Shown here: piece after piece, positions 59,569-64,000 of the stretch | How positions within the stretch are numbered: the first letter of the stretch is position 1 | How the letters are laid out: each line of letters starts with the position of its first letter | NCBI GenBank assembly: GCA_965226055.1 | Contig: CBDDCA010000005.1 | Coordinates: 256,001-320,000 of the forward strand | Length of the DNA: 64,000 nucleotides | Direction of reading: 5' to 3' | Origin: Spirochaetia bacterium | GTDB lineage: Bacteria > Spirochaetota > Spirochaetia > WTKD01 > G963693115 | Notes under the pieces: model-generated | The model's database searches: none | What the model saw: only the letters and a program-made list of their open reading frames with translations | What the model was told of the DNA's origin: nothing | Position numbers and translations under genes: made by a program

Positions 59569-62500
59569 CTATGATGTACATGCTGAACTACCAGCAACCT
59601 TTGGGTACTGTGCTGTTTTGCCATTCATAGCTGAATTCAAGAATTCTACACTTCTTATAGAAGATACTTTACACATTTTCCATGATGATAAATCTTGATC
59701 AAATACAGAAGCACCAAGAAATATAGAATTTATAACAGTAACTTTATTTACATTCCAGTTTCCTATGTCTTGATTAAAAGCACTTGCAAAAGAAAATATA
59801 CCGCCCATATTAGTAACCGCACTCACATTCCAGTTTCCTATGTCTTGATTAAAAATACTTGCTTGACTAAACATAGTGCTCATAGTAGTAACACTACTTA
59901 CATCCCAGTTTCCTATGTCTTGATTAAAAGCAGCAACTCTGAAAAACACAGCATTCATATTCATTACACTACTCGTATTCCACTGTGTTATGTCCCCATT
60001 AAAAGTACTATCTCCCGCAAATAAATCACTCATATCAGTAATAGCACTGGTGTCTATCATATTGAGGTTGGGACTAGGGTTACTACTCTTCCCTCCTGTA
60101 GCTTGTCTTGTCTTTTCTTCACTGATAATAGTTTGCAGTGCTGATTTTGTTGTTGGTCTATAATAGGCCTCTGCTTTTCCTGATGGTGCTGTTCTTATAT
60201 CTGTCCGTATAACAATAGTGGCTGGTACTTTTTTCTTTGAAGCGGTTATTGTACACTGTGCTACATCATAGCTATACTCAGTAATGGCAGTATCTCGTAT
60301 ATTGGACTTATTTGCTATGCCTGTTATGGTAACTGTTTTGCTACTCTGTTCAAACGATACTGTAAGGCCTGTTTCTTGTTTGATTTTCTTTGCATCTGCC
60401 TCTAGTATGTTTGCATCACAGGTAAAGGCATTGCCACTGGGTGTGCTTGCTAGTACTCTTGTAGTATTTGATGCGAGTGCTGTACCTACTTCTGCTGATA
60501 CTATACTAGTGTTTCCTATAGATATTGCACTTACTTCAAACTCGTGGCGTTCTCCTGTTGATGCTTTTGTGTCATCAGTGCTGTTTACTGCTTGCACTAC
60601 TATTTCGTAGGTCGTTCCGTTTGTCAAGTTTGTCAGGGTAGTGTTTGTTGTTCCTGCTGCTATATTTTTTGTTGCTGTATTAGCATTTGCTTTTATCTGT
60701 GCTACGCTTCTCGTTGTATCGCCACTTTTGGCAATGCTATATACCTTATACGATACCTGTGCTGCTGTTAGGGCATCGCCTGTATTTGTTTTGTGACTTG
60801 CACTGAGGCTGGGGGCTGTCCACGATACTCTCATGCCTGTCTGGGCTACTCTTGTTTGTATAGTTGATACTTCTGCGGGGGCAGTCGCTTGCGACGCGGT
60901 TGTTACGCTTGCTACTGTTGAAGATGCTACTTTTTTGCTTGGATCTGTTTTTACTGCTACTTCTAACACAAAGTAATACTTTGTCGCTCCTTTTACTGCT
61001 ACTACTGGTGCTGTATCTGAAGACAAGCCTAAACTGGCAAGGGCTGGTACTGTGTACACTCCACTACTTGCACTGCCTATGTTTATCTTTCTGCCTGCAA
61101 GTACTTCTGCTACTGTAGGGTCAGTGTCTTTCTGTAAGCCGTACACTGTGTACACTAGCTGATTACTTGCTGTTATGTTTGTGCCATCGTAGTCTTTTGC
61201 TCCTGTAAATGTGCTTAGCTCGGTAAGTACCAGCTTTATTGTGCCTGTAGTATTTGTTGACTGTGATACTACCAGCTTTCCTGTCAGTAATGACTGATTT
61301 GGTGCTACTGCTTTGGAAGTATAGATTTCCTTTATTTCTGTTACATCGGTGTAAAAGCCTGCAGGAAAGAGCTTTTCGCTATTTGTTGCATCGTAATTGG
61401 GTGATGTTGTGTTGACTATCCTTACCCCTATGTAGTAATCCTTTGCTGTTTCTATGGGCGTTACTCCTGCATTGCTTCCACTGGTGCTGTCTACTATTGC
61501 TATGGATATTGTGTCTTGAGTTGTTCCTGTTGCTTTTGTGTATTTTGCTACCTTTACACTGCTTTTCTCTATCGCCCACAGAGCTGATACGCTGGCAGGC
61601 TTTCCTGTGGTATCTTCTTTCTTGAGATATAGCACATAGTACGCAAGGTCTGTCGCTTCAAGGGCATTGCCATTTGCCTTGCTCACTCCTGCTATTGCTG
61701 AGGCATTTACTTGTACTGTTATGACTTTTTTCCTTCTATTGCTTCCTGTTGTAGGCACTGCAAATACCACTGCATTACTGTTAGTGTAGGTGGTGCTTTT
61801 TGGGGTATTTGGTGGTGCAGTAAGGGTTGCTTTCTTTATTGTTGCTGATGTTCCTATGCTATACGAGGGATTGAGGCTGTTTATTGCTTCTACTCCTGCG
61901 GTATAGTCTGCTCCTTTCGTTCCTATAAATCTTACTTGTAAGGTACTGTCTCCTGCTATATTCTGTGTTTGTACTCCTGCAAGGCCTTTTATTGCCTCTA
62001 GTGTTTTTGTGCTGTGGTCTCCCTCTGCTATGTATACTTTGTACTGTATTTGTGCCTGTGTGAGTTTGCTTCCACTGGGTGCTTTGTTAGTATCAGTAAT
62101 GTCTCCTGCACTAAATGCATAGACTGCTGTTGCTGTTACTTGTGTTACTGACTCTACGGAGAGCTTTGCATCTTTTGCAGCGGGCGGTGCTGTCGAGGTA
62201 CTATCGTATACTGCCACAGTATCGGAAAGAGTAGTTACAGGGCTTACTATGTTATTTGCTATTGTCAAAAAGGTAAAGCGATAATTCTTGGCATTTGCTT
62301 GTACTTTAGGCACTTCTAAGCCATCTGCTATCCCAAAAGTAATGGCTGTTACACTTTCTGTTATGCTTTTTTCTGCTACCAGTGTAGCTCCATCGTACAT
62401 ACGCAGAGTGTAGTAGCTTCCTATGCCTGGAGCTTGCTTAAAGGTTGCTTTTATCTGTATTGCTCCTGTTATGTCTAAGCTAGGTTTGTTTTGAAAGAGA

Positions 62501-64000
62501 TCTTCTGACGGAGCTGTGGGTTGCGGAGTAGTTATGTCTTTTGTCGCTTGTGTGCTTTTGTTTCCTGCATAGTCTATTGCTTGTATTGTTATGGTGTATG
62601 TTTTGCCTTGTGTGAGTTCTTCTACAGAGAGTGATGTTGTGGGATAGGGTATTTTCTTCTCGCTCAGTACTGTGGTGCTTGTGCCTTTTTCTGCTATGCT
62701 TATGCTGTATTCTTTTATGTCTTTGTTATTGGCTTTTGTTGTATCGGGTGCTGTCCATGTTATCTGTGTGCCTATCTTTGTAGGTGATACAAAGGGATAG
62801 CTTGCTTGTATGTTTGTTACTGCATCGGGGGCGGTGCCATCATCTACTGTGGTGGTGGTTGCTGTTATTTTTGCTCCTTTGTTACCTGTGTAATCTTGTG
62901 ATTGTACTGCTATGCTGTATTCAGTGGTAGCTTTGAGGCCTGTTATCTGCGTATTGCGTACTGTTCTCTCTGTTATTGTTACTGTCTTTGCTGTTGTTGT
63001 TGTGCTGTCTTTTTCCGTTACTGTTATAGTCACTCCTGCATAGTCTCGTACATCGGGGGCTTGCCAGCCTACTACTATGCTATTTGCTCCTCCTACTGCA
63101 CTCACATTGCTTACAGGCTCTGTGCTTTTGTCTGTTGTTGCTTGTTCTTTTGACACTGCAGTGGAATACTTTCCGTTTTTAGAGACATACACTTCTACTT
63201 TGTAGGTAAGCGTGCCATAGAGTTTTGTGAGGGCTATGCCGTCCTTTGCTACATACACAGTGGCGTACTCTTGGTTGTCTGCACTTGCAGAGCTGAGTTT
63301 GGCTGTACTGCTATTGCTCACTGTTTCGTATGCTATGAGAGTATTTGTTGCTGTTGCTATCACTCGTACTTGGAGATTTTTATCTGTAAAGGCAAAGCTC
63401 CCCCACTTGATAAGCAGGCTTTCATCGGCTGGGCTATTGCTTTTATCGTTTGCTGTTACTGTAAGGTCTGATGCGGAAAGTGGCGTTACTGTTTGTGAGA
63501 GTGCTGATGGCACTATGCCTCTGAGCGCTTGCTTTGCCGTGCTTTCGTTGCCATTGCTATCTCTGTATACTACTGTTACATCATAGCTGATGCCGTCTAT
63601 AGTAGGGACAGCAATAGTTACTTCTCCTTGTGTTACATCTTGTACTGTTACTTCTTTTTTTACATTAGTGGTGCTTTCTATCACCTGTACTATGGCTTCT
63701 GCTATGTCTGTTTTGCCTGACGAGAGCAGTGCTTTGTCCCATGTTAGCTTTATGCCATTTGTTGCTGATTCTACTGCTACCTTGTTGAAGGTATCTTGAG
63801 GTTTCGTTGTATCTGTCAATGTTGTCACAGAGCGGGTTGTTTTTGGTGATACTTCTGTATCTGAGCCTGAGTTTGACTTCTGGGCTTCTATCTCTACAGT
63901 ATAATCGGTAGTAGCGTGCAAGCCTCTGAGTACATAGGGTCTGTTTTGTTGAAACAATGTACGATATTCTATTGCAGGAACACGCACTTCTATTGATTGT
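59569..64000 (-). CDS. Large Fn3-like + DUF285/BspA-type LRR surface protein (copy 2); 5' end lies beyond the window
   Basis: Colinear with 22935-27731 from QSI.VRVPAIEYR onward, with long identical stretches; frame is open to the window edge. Confidence 0.9.
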   Translation of the reverse strand, partial: QSIEVRVPAIEYRTLFQQNRPYVLRGLHATTDYTVEIEAQKSNSGSDTEVSPKTTRSVTTLTDTTKPQDTFNKVAVESATNGIKLTWDKALLSSGKTDIAEAIVQVIESTTNVKKEVTVQDVTQGEVTIAVPTIDGISYDVTVVYRDSNGNESTAKQALRGIVPSALSQTVTPLSASDLTVTANDKSNSPADESLLIKWGSFAFTDKNLQVRVIATATNTLIAYETVSNSSTAKLSSASADNQEYATVYVAKDGIALTKLYGTLTYKVEVYVSKNGKYSTAVSKEQATTDKSTEPVSNVSAVGGANSIVVGWQAPDVRDYAGVTITVTEKDSTTTTAKTVTITERTVRNTQITGLKATTEYSIAVQSQDYTGNKGAKITATTTTVDDGTAPDAVTNIQASYPFVSPTKIGTQITWTAPDTTKANNKDIKEYSISIAEKGTSTTVLSEKKIPYPTTSLSVEELTQGKTYTITIQAIDYAGNKSTQATKDITTPQPTAPSEDLFQNKPSLDITGAIQIKATFKQAPGIGSYYTLRMYDGATLVAEKSITESVTAITFGIADGLEVPKVQANAKNYRFTFLTIANNIVSPVTTLSDTVAVYDSTSTAPPAAKDAKLSVESVTQVTATAVYAFSAGDITDTNKAPSGSKLTQAQIQYKVYIAEGDHSTKTLEAIKGLAGVQTQNIAGDSTLQVRFIGTKGADYTAGVEAINSLNPSYSIGTSATIKKATLTAPPNTPKSTTYTNSNAVVFAVPTTGSNRRKKVITVQVNASAIAGVSKANGNALEATDLAYYVLYLKKEDTTGKPASVSALWAIEKSSVKVAKYTKATGTTQDTISIAIVDSTSGSNAGVTPIETAKDYYIGVRIVNTTSPNYDATNSEKLFPAGFYTDVTEIKEIYTSKAVAPNQSLLTGKLVVSQSTNTTGTIKLVLTELSTFTGAKDYDGTNITASNQLVYTVYGLQKDTDPTVAEVLAGRKINIGSASSGVYTVPALASLGLSSDTAPVVAVKGATKYYFVLEVAVKTDPSKKVASSTVASVTTASQATAPAEVSTIQTRVAQTGMRVSWTAPSLSASHKTNTGDALTAAQVSYKVYSIAKSGDTTRSVAQIKANANTATKNIAAGTTNTTLTNLTNGTTYEIVVQAVNSTDDTKASTGERHEFEVSAISIGNTSIVSAEVGTALASNTTRVLASTPSGNAFTCDANILEADAKKIKQETGLTVSFEQSSKTVTITGIANKSNIRDTAITEYSYDVAQCTITASKKKVPATIVIRTDIRTAPSGKAEAYYRPTTKSALQTIISEEKTRQATGGKSSNPSPNLNMIDTSAITDMSDLFAGDSTFNGDITQWNTSSVMNMNAVFFRVAAFNQDIGNWDVSSVTTMSTMFSQASIFNQDIGNWNVSAVTNMGGIFSFASAFNQDIGNWNVNKVTVINSIFLGASVFDQDLSSWKMCKVSSIRSVEFLNSAMNGKTAQYPKVAGSSACTS
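59680..60050 (-). repeat. 75-bp coding tandem repeats (DUF285-type LRR, 4 full units plus caps)
   Basis: ccagtttcctatgtcttgattaaaa recurs every 75 bp. Confidence 0.9.

Noticed and set aside
59569-60060. Diversity-generating retroelement acting on the variable C-termini
   Set aside because: No reverse transcriptase or non-coding template repeat in the window. Differences between copies involve all four bases and indels, not only adenines. A trans-acting DGR elsewhere cannot be fully excluded.

Overview
This is an AT-rich bacterial chromosome segment, most likely from a spirochete (Spirochaetales-like). The evidence is the 16S sequence, a long-form ~900-aa GreA, a lipoprotein divergent from secA, the rpsO-pnp-dut-lptF-lptG-murJ-HEAT gene order and a Bdr-like protein. 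Most of the window is housekeeping: nnr, secA, map, aroH, der, ptsI, tlyA, rny, greA, murJ, lptFG, dut, pnp, rpsO, nqrBCDEF, aroC, rubredoxin and purH. The accessory content is more interesting. (1) Two ~1600-aa paralogous surface proteins lie ~37 kb apart, with near-identical Fn3-like stalks but hypervariable, different-length DUF285/BspA-type LRR tips; copy 1 has a lipobox and an upstream poly(A/T)17 tract. (2) A tandem pair of FRG-domain + TPR-array genes sits behind purH, with near-perfect internal DNA repeats, a 1-nt frameshift in one copy and a repeated stop-junction motif. (3) An AT-rich island carries an orphan Pycsar-effector-like membrane protein and short direct repeats. (4) There is an ECF sigma / membrane partner / secreted protein module. 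(5) A stand-alone 16S rRNA gene mismatches the 338F/341F/EUB338 and 806R/805R primer sites. (6) At least seven genes look leaderless. No database searches were run, so all family calls come from motif recognition.
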